32,000 nucleotides of DNA from Halogeometricum borinquense DSM 11551 (GTDB lineage Archaea > Halobacteriota > Halobacteria > Halobacteriales > Haloferacaceae): positions 2,640,001-2,672,000 of the forward strand of contig NC_014729.1 of the NCBI RefSeq assembly GCF_000172995.2. Direction: 5' to 3'. A program made the position numbers and the translations under genes. Of this stretch, positions 1 to 7,861 are shown one piece after another. The notes under the pieces are model-generated. The model was not told the DNA's origin. It worked only from the letters and a program-made list of their open reading frames with translations, and made no database searches. Numbering within the stretch: position 1 is the stretch's first letter; the number at the start of each line of letters is the position of its first letter.

Positions 1-42
1 CCCGTACGCGCCGAACGGAATTGACAGGACACCCCAAATATG

Positions 43-50
43 TTATATAA
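43..50 (+). promoter_or_regulatory. TATA-box-like element (TTATATAA) upstream of the wHTH gene
   Basis: An AT-rich octamer in an otherwise GC-rich region, about 63 nt upstream of the ATG at 113. A second weaker TTTAT at 81-85 sits about 30 nt upstream of the ATG and would give a leaderless transcript. Confidence 0.35.
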
Positions 51-112
51 CTAACCATTCTTCACTGATATCCACGAAGGTTTATGGCGTTTCGACGTTT
101 CGATTCGTAACG

Positions 113-403
113 ATGGCTGAGGCAGAACAGGAGAGTCTCGACGACCTCCCTCCGAGTGCGAAGTTAGTTTTCAAAGTACTCGAATACAACGGCCCCCTGA
201 CGCAGAAGGGCATCGTTCAGGAGTCGATGCTGTCGGCTCGAACGGTACGCTACGCACTCGAACGACTCGAGGGAATCGGCGTCGTGGACGAAGATGTCTA
301 CTTCGCAGACGCGCGGCAGAACCTCTATCAACTCACCGAGGCGGCCCCGAAACACCCCTCGGAGGGCGATGCGGACGAAGCAGAGGCCTGCTGCGCCGAG
401 TAA
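113..403 (+). CDS. Small winged helix-turn-helix transcriptional regulator (MarR/TrmB-like), 96 aa
   Basis: ATG start. The segment LPPSAKLVFKVLEYNGPLTQKGIVQESMLSARTVRYALERLEGIGVV is a typical wHTH (H2-H3 recognition helix plus wing), followed by an acidic C-terminal tail ending in CCAE. GC3-rich codon usage. Confidence 0.75.
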   Translation: MAEAEQESLDDLPPSAKLVFKVLEYNGPLTQKGIVQESMLSARTVRYALERLEGIGVVDEDVYFADARQNLYQLTEAAPKHPSEGDADEAEACCAE

Positions 404-514
404 CCCCGCTAACTCGGGTGCGAACGGTATCGACTCACGATCACACCGCGCGGCGACGCGGACGGTAAGCTTCTCTCTCTTTCTGACTGTGAGCGATGCT
501 TCGCACGTGCCAGA

Positions 515-618
515 GCAGAGCGTCTGGGGCAGAACGCGCGTGAAGCAAAACGGAGCGTCTGAGGCAGAACGCGCGTGAAGCAAAACGGAGCGTCTGAGGC
601 AGAACGCGCGTGAAGCAC
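515..618. repeat. Tandem direct repeat, 35-bp unit (GCAGAACGCGCGTGAAGCAAAACGGAGCGTCTGAG), two perfect copies plus partial copies on both sides
   Basis: Perfect copies at 529-563 and 564-598, with a truncated copy at 599-617 and a partial copy at 515-528. Each unit junction can fold as GCGTCTG-(A/G)GG-CAG(A)ACGC, at 520-537, 555-572 and 590-607. The array is non-coding and lies between two convergent stop codons. Confidence 0.95.
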
Positions 619-674
619 TGAACGGAACAAACGACAAGTGAAAGTCGGACGAAAAACAGCTCGGACCGGTGACG

Positions 675-2522
675 CTACGCCGGGTGGACCGTGATGCGCT
701 GTTTGCGGTCGATAGCCTGTTCGAGTTCGTCCGCGATAGCGCTTCCGCGGGAAACCTGAATGTCGCCGCCGCGACCGACGGTCGCGGTAAAGAGGTACTC
801 GCCGTCGGCGCGAACTTCCACCGTCTCGCCGACGTGGTCGTCCATCCGGACGACGACGTGTCGTGAGGTGACCTCTGGCGTGACGATTTCTCCTTGGTCG
901 CCGCCACCGGACGTACCGGAACTCGCGGCCGATTGGCTCGGATTCTCCTCGTGCGTCCGCACGTCGATGTCGATGCCGAGGCGGTCCTCGATGTCCGAGA
1001 TGCGGCCGCCGCCTTTGCCGATGACGTAGGAGATGTCGTCCTCGTCCACGTAGACGGTCGCCTTCTCCTGCCCTTGCAGTTCGACATCGACGTGACCGCG
1101 AGCGATAGAGCGAATCTCGCGTTCGATTTCCTGTCGAGCGAGGCGACTGACCCCCGTCTCGTTGCGTCCCTCGCCCTCCTCGCCGAGCGGAACGGTGACG
1201 ACCTGCCGGTTGAACGTGTATATCTCGTATGCCGGCGTGTTCGTCTCGAAGTCGGTGACTTGGATGACGGGACGAGCAAGGTCCTCAGCGGTGAGTCCCT
1301 CGGGAACCTTGACCTGCGTCTGCACGTCGTAGACGGTATCGACGCGACCGTCCTCGATGTAGACGACGGTGTCAACCACTTGTGGAATCATCCCGAGTTC
1401 GACGCGGCCGACGAGACGTTGGAGAGCGTCGATAGCGCGGGTAGCGTGGACGACACCGACCATGCCGACGCCCGCAAGACGCATATCTGCGAACACCTCG
1501 AAGTCGTCGGTTTTCCGCACCTCGTCGTAGATCGTGTAATCCGGACGAACGAGCAGGAGAGAGTCGGCCGTCTTCTCCATCTGGCCGTCGAGAGCGGTGT
1601 ACTGGGTGATTTCGGGACCGACCTGCAGGTCGCGCGGTTTTTCCATCGTCTTCACCGCGTAGTCGCTCTCGTTGAGGAATTCGGCGACGGCCTGCGCGAA
1701 CGTTGACTTCCCGGCACCGGGTGATCCCGAGATGAGGACACCGCGCTGGCGTTCGCTGAGTCGGTCGCGCAGTTCGTCGGCGAACTCGTACTCGTCTAAG
1801 TCCGTCTTGACGATAGGTCGGACAGCGGTAATCTCGATGCCGTCGGAGAACGGCGGGCGAGCGAGCGCGATGCGGTAATCGCGGAACTGGACGATGCTCA
1901 TGCCGGGTTCGGCGAGTTCGACGAAGCCGTTGGGACTCGCGCGAGCGGAGTTCTCGATATCGTCGGCCCACGCCTTCATCGTCTCCTCGTCGGACACCTC
2001 CTCGGAGATAGTCTGATAATGCATCTCACCGATAGCTCCGCGCTTGGCCTTCGGTTTCGTCCCGGTTTTGAGGTGGACCGACATCGTCTCGTCGTCGAAG
2101 AACTCCTCGATGACCAAATCGCCGGATCCGCGGGTTCGGGCTTCGACGAACTCCACGTCGATACCTTTCGCCCGCGCGACTTCGGCCTGCACTTGGTCGC
2201 TCGTCAGAAGCGTCGCCTCGTGTTCCTCGGCGATGTCGCGGATGAGCGCGTCGATGTCCCCCTCGTGTGCGCCGGTCGCCTCGCTCGGTTTCGTTCGCCG
2301 ACCGACGTACTCGACGGTCAGCGCTCCCTCGTCAGCGAGTTCGGTGAGGCGCTGGAGTTCAGAAAGACCCTCCCACCCGGTGTCGTACCCCTGATTCGCC
2401 TGCGATTCGAGTTCGCCGACGACAGCTTCGGGCACGCAAACCGTCGTCTCGGCGTCGCCCGACTCGACTCGCTCGGACACGCGACCGTCAATGACCGCGC
2501 TCGTGTCCGGCACTAGCTTCAT
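675..2522 (-). CDS. PIN-domain / P-loop ATPase / KH-domain protein (usually annotated PilT-family ATPase; PINA-like)
   Basis: N-terminal PIN-like segment MKLVPDTSAVIDGRV...CVPEAVVGELE. Walker A motif GSPGAGKST. C-terminal KH-like segment with VIGKGGGRISDIEDRLG. I prefer the ATG at 2522 (MKLVPDTS) over the ORF-track start at 2582, because family members begin at the PIN strand. Confidence 0.9.
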   Translation of the reverse strand: MKLVPDTSAVIDGRVSERVESGDAETTVCVPEAVVGELESQANQGYDTGWEGLSELQRLTELADEGALTVEYVGRRTKPSEATGAHEGDIDALIRDIAEEHEATLLTSDQVQAEVARAKGIDVEFVEARTRGSGDLVIEEFFDDETMSVHLKTGTKPKAKRGAIGEMHYQTISEEVSDEETMKAWADDIENSARASPNGFVELAEPGMSIVQFRDYRIALARPPFSDGIEITAVRPIVKTDLDEYEFADELRDRLSERQRGVLISGSPGAGKSTFAQAVAEFLNESDYAVKTMEKPRDLQVGPEITQYTALDGQMEKTADSLLLVRPDYTIYDEVRKTDDFEVFADMRLAGVGMVGVVHATRAIDALQRLVGRVELGMIPQVVDTVVYIEDGRVDTVYDVQTQVKVPEGLTAEDLARPVIQVTDFETNTPAYEIYTFNRQVVTVPLGEEGEGRNETGVSRLARQEIEREIRSIARGHVDVELQGQEKATVYVDEDDISYVIGKGGGRISDIEDRLGIDIDVRTHEENPSQSAASSGTSGGGDQGEIVTPEVTSRHVVVRMDDHVGETVEVRADGEYLFTATVGRGGDIQVSRGSAIADELEQAIDRKQRITVHPA

Positions 2523-2629
2523 GTGCGGCGGTTCGAACGGAACACGGATAAGGGTATAGATGGCCGAACAGCGTCCCTTCACCGACGCACGAATGGGAGC
2601 CAGTCGTTCACCGAGGTTCTGGATGCCAG

Positions 2630-4279
2630 TCAGTCGTCCGCTGCCTGCGCGCCCACGGTCGCCGTCTGTGATTCGGCATCGTCTACGAGTTCGAAAGAAC
2701 CGACGAGACGCTCTAACGCCGCCGCACGTTCCGAGAGTGTCCGCGTTCGGTCGGCGATGTCGTCTACCGATTCGGCCTGACGAGTCGCCGCGTCCTCGGC
2801 AGAATCAGTCCGTGCGGCCGTCTCCTCGGAGATATTCGCCACTTCGTCCACGTGCGCGGCGACGTCCTGCGAGGAGGACGCCTGCTGGTCTGTCGCCTCA
2901 CTCACCTCTCGAACGCTCGTGTTCACGTCTTCGACGGCGGCGACGATGGCTTCGAACTCCTCGATGGCGGTCTCCACCGTCTCAACGCTCTCTGCGACCT
3001 GCCGGTTCGTCTCGCGGACGGTCGCCAGCGTCTCCTCGGAGCGTTCGGTCACATCCTCGATGAGCGCCGACACCTCGTCTGCGGATTCGCGGGTCTCCTC
3101 GGCGAGCGCTTTCACTTCCTCGGCGACGACGCCGAATCCATCGCCCGCCTCCCCGGCGTGTGCGGCCTCGATAGCCGCGTTGATGGCGAGAAGATCGGTC
3201 TGCGACCCCACGTCGTCGATGAACTCCGCAATCTCGTCTATCTCCTCGATCCGTTCGCCAAGGGCGACGACAGCCGACGCTGTCTCGTCGATCTGTGACT
3301 CGACCACGTCGAGTTCGTCCATCGCCTCCGTCGCTACGTCGCGGCCGTCACGGCCCCGTTCGGCCGCGGTTTCGACCGTCACAGCAACGTCTTCGGCCGA
3401 TGCGGCGATCTCCTCGACAGTCGCAGAGAGCGTCGAGAGTTCGTCCGCGACGGTCTGGAGATGTTCGGTCTGCTCGTCTGCCCCGTCGGAAATTTCAGAG
3501 ACGGCCGACGCCACCGCGCCGCTGGCCTCGTTCGCGCGTTCGATGCTCGTCTGTGCCTCGTCGCTCATCGTCGAAACCTCGGCCGCGAACGACTGAACCT
3601 CCGCGATAGTGCTTGACAGTTCGCGGACGAATTCGTTGTACGAACGAGCGACCTCGACGTACCGTTCGTTCTCGCCGCCGACTTCCTCAACAGGTAGCAA
3701 CGCGGTCAAGTCACCCGCCGCCGCACGCTCGGTCGCTTCCGCAAAGGCATCTACGAGTCGCTGGAGGTTCCGCGTGTGCGCCGCCAAATCGACGGCCATT
3801 CGGTCGAGTGCATCACCGAACGAACCCGGAAGCGACTCGTCGAGGACGGGGTCGTCGAACTCGCGGTCTGCGAGGGCTGTCGCCTGTTCTGAGACGGTCT
3901 GGAGGTGTGCGTGCATGTCCTCGAAATCAGCCGTGAGACGGGCGATTTCGTCGTCGCCTTCGACGGACGGCGGCGGCGTCGAGAGGTCGCCCGCGGCGAC
4001 GGCGGACGCAGAATCGGAGAGTCGTTCGAGCGGACGGACCACGTCTCGGCGGACGATCAAAACCGTGTTGGCAAACGCGATGAGAGCGCCCACGAACAGC
4101 GCGGCTGAGAGCAGTGTCTGCGTCGAACCGGAAACGAAAGACGGGAGCGCAACCTGCCCGACCGAGATGCCAAACTGGATGGCGACAGCGGTCAGTACTT
4201 TACGCGAAACGGAACGAGAGACACCGAGTACGTCCATGATGCCCCAGAGGAGTCGTTCGTACGCGGCGAGTGGACTCAT
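2630..4279 (-). CDS. Methyl-accepting chemotaxis transducer (halobacterial Htr) with two TM helices, a minimal outer loop and a HAMP region; MpcT-like architecture
   Basis: Highly conserved MCP signalling hairpin [36 protein letters not shown]. The two N-terminal hydrophobic helices are separated by about 5 residues (SGSTQ). A HAMP-like segment (RPLERL...[13 protein letters not shown]) and long coiled-coil heptads follow. Confidence 0.93.
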   Translation of the reverse strand: MSPLAAYERLLWGIMDVLGVSRSVSRKVLTAVAIQFGISVGQVALPSFVSGSTQTLLSAALFVGALIAFANTVLIVRRDVVRPLERLSDSASAVAAGDLSTPPPSVEGDDEIARLTADFEDMHAHLQTVSEQATALADREFDDPVLDESLPGSFGDALDRMAVDLAAHTRNLQRLVDAFAEATERAAAGDLTALLPVEEVGGENERYVEVARSYNEFVRELSSTIAEVQSFAAEVSTMSDEAQTSIERANEASGAVASAVSEISDGADEQTEHLQTVADELSTLSATVEEIAASAEDVAVTVETAAERGRDGRDVATEAMDELDVVESQIDETASAVVALGERIEEIDEIAEFIDDVGSQTDLLAINAAIEAAHAGEAGDGFGVVAEEVKALAEETRESADEVSALIEDVTERSEETLATVRETNRQVAESVETVETAIEEFEAIVAAVEDVNTSVREVSEATDQQASSSQDVAAHVDEVANISEETAARTDSAEDAATRQAESVDDIADRTRTLSERAAALERLVGSFELVDDAESQTATVGAQAADD

Positions 4280-4452
4280 ACACGGTGTTCACTCAGGAGA
4301 CAGCATAACACTGGCATCAAATTCTCAAAGAATGATAAGACCCCCATATCGACGGGTGATTGCACCACAGCAGCCGCGTCGGTATTACGAGATTCGATAG
4401 CGCCGGGAGAAGAGAAGCCGCCGGAGGATTTTCGTGGGCCGCCGCCGACTCC

Positions 4453-5577
4453 ATGACGATGAGTGACGCAGCGACGACCGAGACGCGGGACGAACTGGTC
4501 ACATTGACCCGACGACTCGTCTCCATTCCGAGTCACGAAGATGAGACGGCGTGCGGCGATGCCATCGAATCGTGGCTTCGAGAGGAGACGGACGCGGATG
4601 TGACGCGAGACGACCACGGGAACGTACTCGCTCGGAAAGGAACGGGCACCTCACTGGCGCTCGTCGGCCACCACGACGTGGTGCCCCCGGACGAGTCGCA
4701 GGTCGAAGACAGCGGCGAGTTCGTCGTCGAAGAACGAGATGGGCGACTGTACGGCCGCGGGACGGCGGACATGAAAGGGGCCGTCGCGGCGTCGATGCTC
4801 GCCTTCCGCGACGCCGCCCCGGCAGGCGAACTCGTCTTCGCCTCGTTCGTCGGCGAGGAAACCGGCGGAGAGGGTGCGCGCGGCGCGATAGCCGACGGAT
4901 TCGCACCCGACTACGCCATCGTCGGCGAGGGCTCGACCAACTACTCGGGCGCGGACGTAACCGACGTAGCGGTCGCACACAAGGGCCGCCGCGCCTCGAC
5001 CGTCGTCGCCCACGGGTCCGCCGCGCACGCGAGCGAACCCGAGGCCGGAGCGAACGCCGTCTACCGCGCCTGCGACGCCGTAGACGTGATTCGGGGACTC
5101 GACGTACCCGAGGCGGAGGTGTTCGGCGAACGCCTCTCGGGGAGCGTCGTCGTCACCGAAATCGACGGCGGGTCGGCATGGAACGTCGTCCCCGAACGAT
5201 GTGCGGTGACGGTAGACGAACGAACCGTTCCCGGCGAGTACGCCGAGTTAGAACGCGTCGAAGCAATCGAGGGCGTCGAGTGGGTCATCGAACAGGACCT
5301 CCCGCCCATGCGGTGCGACGACGCAGACTTCGCCGACCGCGTCCTCGACGCGGCCCGACGAGTTCACGACGCGCGTGGAGACGAGACACCTGCACAGGTG
5401 ACGAAACCGCACGCGACGGACGCGGGGCGATTGGCGGAGGCAGGGACGACATGTGTCATCTACGGGCCGTCGGAACCCGGCGAGGCCCACACGAAAGACG
5501 AGAGCGTATCGTTGGACGTGCTGGAGCGGTGCTACGAGACATACCGCGTCGCAGCGGCGTCGTGGGCGAGTGAGTAA
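4453..5577 (+). CDS. M20 family metallopeptidase (ArgE/DapE-type deacylase)
   Basis: Motifs GHHDVVPP, GRGTADMKG and GEETGGEG are typical M20 metal ligands. I prefer the start at ATG 4453 (MTMSDAATTETRDELV), because the upstream extension is Arg/Ser-rich and unlike a protein. Confidence 0.85.
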   Translation: MTMSDAATTETRDELVTLTRRLVSIPSHEDETACGDAIESWLREETDADVTRDDHGNVLARKGTGTSLALVGHHDVVPPDESQVEDSGEFVVEERDGRLYGRGTADMKGAVAASMLAFRDAAPAGELVFASFVGEETGGEGARGAIADGFAPDYAIVGEGSTNYSGADVTDVAVAHKGRRASTVVAHGSAAHASEPEAGANAVYRACDAVDVIRGLDVPEAEVFGERLSGSVVVTEIDGGSAWNVVPERCAVTVDERTVPGEYAELERVEAIEGVEWVIEQDLPPMRCDDADFADRVLDAARRVHDARGDETPAQVTKPHATDAGRLAEAGTTCVIYGPSEPGEAHTKDESVSLDVLERCYETYRVAAASWASE

Positions 5578-5629
5578 GGACGCCGTCTCGTATTGCTATG
5601 TTACACCACCACACTCCGTATACACATAG

Positions 5630-5637
5630 TTGATAAT
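5630..5637 (+). promoter_or_regulatory. TATA-like element (TTGATAAT) about 26 nt upstream of the ATG at 5660
   Basis: An AT-rich octamer at the spacing expected for a leaderless haloarchaeal transcript. It supports 5660 as the start codon. Confidence 0.35.
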
Positions 5638-5659
5638 GCGGGACGTGTTTCGGTTCGAT

Positions 5660-7198
5660 ATGGCAACTGAAACCGCAGGGGCCGACGCGGAGTCGGCACC
5701 AGACGCCTACACGGAACTCCTCCAGACGTACAAGCGCGTGGCGAACGTCCGCAACGCGGGCGGACTACTCTCGTGGGACCAGCAGGTGATGATGCCCGAA
5801 GGCGGTACCCCAGCACGTTCCCAGCAACTCTCGACGCTCTCCGCTGTCGCACACGACTTACTCACCGACGAGGCAGTCGGCGAGAAACTGGACGAACTCG
5901 AAGACGCCGACCTGACGGACGAACAAGCGGCCGTCGTCCGCGAGATTCGCCGCCAGTACGACCGCGCGGTGAGCGTCCCCTCGGAACTGGTCGAAGAGAT
6001 TTCGACCACCTCATCGGAGGCGCTTCCGGCGTGGGAAGAAGCGAAAGCCGAAGACGACTTCTCGGTGTTCGCACCCTACTTAGAGAAGCATATCGAACTC
6101 AAGCGCGAGTACGCCGAACACATCGACCCCGACAAGGATCCCTACGAGGTGCTATTCGAGGAGTTCGAGCCGTGTCTTCCACTCGAACAGGCCGAGGAGA
6201 TTCTCAGCGAACTCCGCGATACGCTCGTCCCGATGATCGAACAGATTCGGGAGGAAGGCGACGACATCGCCACGGATGCGTTCACGAGCAAGGGCGACTA
6301 CTCCGAAGACGGTCAAGAGGAACTCTGCCGCGACGTCCTCTCGACGCTCGGCTACCCGTGGGAACGCGGCCGTATGGACACCTCCTCGCACCCGTTCTCC
6401 TCGGGAACGATGTTCGACGCCCGCGTGACGACGCGCTTCGACGAGACCGACCCCCTCGGGTCGCTGTTCTCGACGGTCCACGAATTCGGGCACGCGACGT
6501 ACAACCTCGGCTTGCCGGACGAACACTACGCGACGCCACTCGGAGAGGACCGTAACCTCTCGGTCCACGAGTCCCAGTCGCGTCTCTGGGAGAACCACGT
6601 CGGCCGCTCGGAGGCGTTCTGGAACGTCCTGCTCCCGACGTTCAAGGAACACTTCCAGAAGGCCGAAGACGTGACGCTACAGGAGGCGTACGAAGCGGCG
6701 AATCAGGTGTACGACGACAACCTCATCCGCGTCGAATCGGACGAGTTGACCTACCACCTCCACATCATCATCCGGTTCGAGATCGAGCGCGCACTCATCG
6801 CGGGCGACATCGACGTCGAGGACGTGCCCGAAGTGTGGAATGACAAGTACGAAGAGTATCTCGGCATCCGTCCCGAAACCGACTCGGAAGGCTGTCTGCA
6901 AGACATCCACTGGAGTCACGGCAACTTCGGCTACTTCCCGACGTACTCGCTCGGATCCGTGATGGCCGCGCAGTTGTACGCCGCCGCCGAGGAAGATATC
7001 GACGACCTAGCGGGCCACATCGAAGCGGGCGACTTCGAACCGCTTCACGAGTGGCTGACCGAGAACGTCCACCAACACGGAGCGCGCTACGAGACGAACG
7101 AACTCGTCGTGCAGGCGACGGACGAGGACTTCACCGCCGACGCCTTCATAGATTACGTGACCGAGAAGTACGGCGACCTGTACGGCATCGACGCGTAG
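5660..7198 (+). CDS. M32 carboxypeptidase (Taq-type metallocarboxypeptidase)
   Basis: HEFGHATYN (HExxH), HPF, HESQSRLWEN, DIHWSHGNFGYFPTYSLGS and LSWDQQVMMPEGG are all hallmark M32 motifs. Confidence 0.9.
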   Translation: MATETAGADAESAPDAYTELLQTYKRVANVRNAGGLLSWDQQVMMPEGGTPARSQQLSTLSAVAHDLLTDEAVGEKLDELEDADLTDEQAAVVREIRRQYDRAVSVPSELVEEISTTSSEALPAWEEAKAEDDFSVFAPYLEKHIELKREYAEHIDPDKDPYEVLFEEFEPCLPLEQAEEILSELRDTLVPMIEQIREEGDDIATDAFTSKGDYSEDGQEELCRDVLSTLGYPWERGRMDTSSHPFSSGTMFDARVTTRFDETDPLGSLFSTVHEFGHATYNLGLPDEHYATPLGEDRNLSVHESQSRLWENHVGRSEAFWNVLLPTFKEHFQKAEDVTLQEAYEAANQVYDDNLIRVESDELTYHLHIIIRFEIERALIAGDIDVEDVPEVWNDKYEEYLGIRPETDSEGCLQDIHWSHGNFGYFPTYSLGSVMAAQLYAAAEEDIDDLAGHIEAGDFEPLHEWLTENVHQHGARYETNELVVQATDEDFTADAFIDYVTEKYGDLYGIDA

Positions 7199-7234
7199 AG
7201 GGCGACGAACCGCGACCGACCACACCGCGACTGA

Positions 7235-7239
7235 TTTTT
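7235..7239 (+). terminator. T5 run downstream of the M32 carboxypeptidase
   Basis: TTTTT lies about 37 nt after the stop codon. Oligo-T tracts are the known archaeal termination signal. Confidence 0.45.
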
Positions 7240-7555
7240 GCGGACGACTCGTTGACCGCGAACGCCAACTGAGCCAGTCGGCGACCCGACCGACGGACTT
7301 GCCCGAGAAGCCGCGGACGTTCACTTTCGACCGACACCTCCTGTGACGACGCGACGAGAATATTCGAATCGGTGGACGGTCTCCAACGGGACTGAACCGC
7401 TCGGAGACAGCTAATTTCGCGTTTGAGTCGAGCCGTCACAGACCGGGAGTTCGACATGAAATGATGCCCGCCTCCCTATTGAGTACTACTGACAGGTCTC
7501 GAGAGATAAGGACGGGCAACAAGACTAAGTACTGGTACGGCATAGCACACCACGT

Positions 7556-7738
7556 ATGGCCTCAGCACCCAACGCCGACGAGGCACTGTTCGACCAGTTC
7601 TTGGACGACCGCGGTCACGCGGTATCGAGCGAAGACTGGGAGACATCGTATAATAAGAAACAGTGTCCAGACTGTGGTGCACTTCATGACAGATCGGCCG
7701 TTGATTGTTCGGTTTGCGGATGGGACCCGCGACCCTGA
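7556..7738 (+). CDS. Small zinc-finger micro-protein (two C(P)xCG knuckles), 60 aa
   Basis: CPDCG...CSVCG zinc-ribbon signature with an acidic N-terminal half, an ATG start and a T6 run 57 nt downstream of the stop. It resembles the small CPxCG proteins common in haloarchaea. Confidence 0.6.
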   Translation: MASAPNADEALFDQFLDDRGHAVSSEDWETSYNKKQCPDCGALHDRSAVDCSVCGWDPRP

Positions 7739-7794
7739 CCGAAAACGACGTTCGACTCGATCCGACTCGACTCCAAAACTCGCGTTTGCCGCTC

Positions 7795-7800
7795 TTTTTT
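7795..7800 (+). terminator. T6 run downstream of the zinc-finger micro-protein
   Basis: The TTTTTT tract is the longest T run in this part of the window and sits immediately before the helicase promoter. Confidence 0.5.
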
Positions 7801-7830
7801 AACGGATAGCCAGTTCCGAAAAGCAGGCAG

Positions 7831-7836
7831 TTTATC
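7831..7836 (+). promoter_or_regulatory. TATA-like element (TTTATC) about 28 nt upstream of the helicase ATG
   Basis: The spacing is consistent with a leaderless transcript starting at or near the ATG at 7862. Confidence 0.45.
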
Positions 7837-7861
7837 TGTGATAAGGGCGTGAACGGGTACA

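Noticed and set aside
392-403. The C-terminal CCAE of the 96-aa wHTH protein as a CaaX-like prenylation signal or metal/redox switch.
   Set aside because: The second position is not aliphatic. I know of no archaeal protein prenylation machinery. A four-residue tail alone is not evidence, although a redox or metal role for the vicinal cysteines cannot be excluded.
164-1375. Long ORFs antisense to, or out of frame with, the confident genes. Examples: 164-1375(-), 894-1706(+), 1372-1971(-), 2560-3063(+), 2919-3596(+), 3609-4400(+), 4551-5573(+), 5773-6555(+), 7832-8800(-), 9856-10785(-), 11247-11882(-), 21296-22033(-), 23097-23765(+), 25590-26417(+), 25817-26566(-), 30185-31027(+).
   Set aside because: Such ORFs are typical artefacts of high-GC genomes. 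Their translations are Arg/Ser/Pro/Thr-rich and low in complexity, contain no recognisable motifs, and fully overlap genes with strong family signatures in another frame.
675-2522. The PIN domain as a VapC toxin of a toxin-antitoxin module.
   Set aside because: The PIN domain is fused to a large ATPase plus KH protein (616 aa). No small antitoxin ORF lies upstream. The architecture matches the conserved archaeal PIN-ATPase family.
7460-7492. C/D-box sRNA-like pattern (AUGAUGC ... CUGA) in the long gap upstream of the zinc-finger gene.
   Set aside because: The boxes are only about 21 nt apart, which is too short for guide, D'/C' and guide regions. The C box is imperfect, there is no terminal stem, and such 4-7-nt motifs occur by chance.
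7409-7795. Short shared words flanking the zinc-finger micro-gene (GAGTCGAG / CTCGACTC inverted and TCGCGTTTG direct), as possible MITE or mobile-element termini.
   Set aside because: These matches are only 8-9 nt, which is expected by chance within a region of about 400 bp. There are no target-site duplications or longer terminal inverted repeats.
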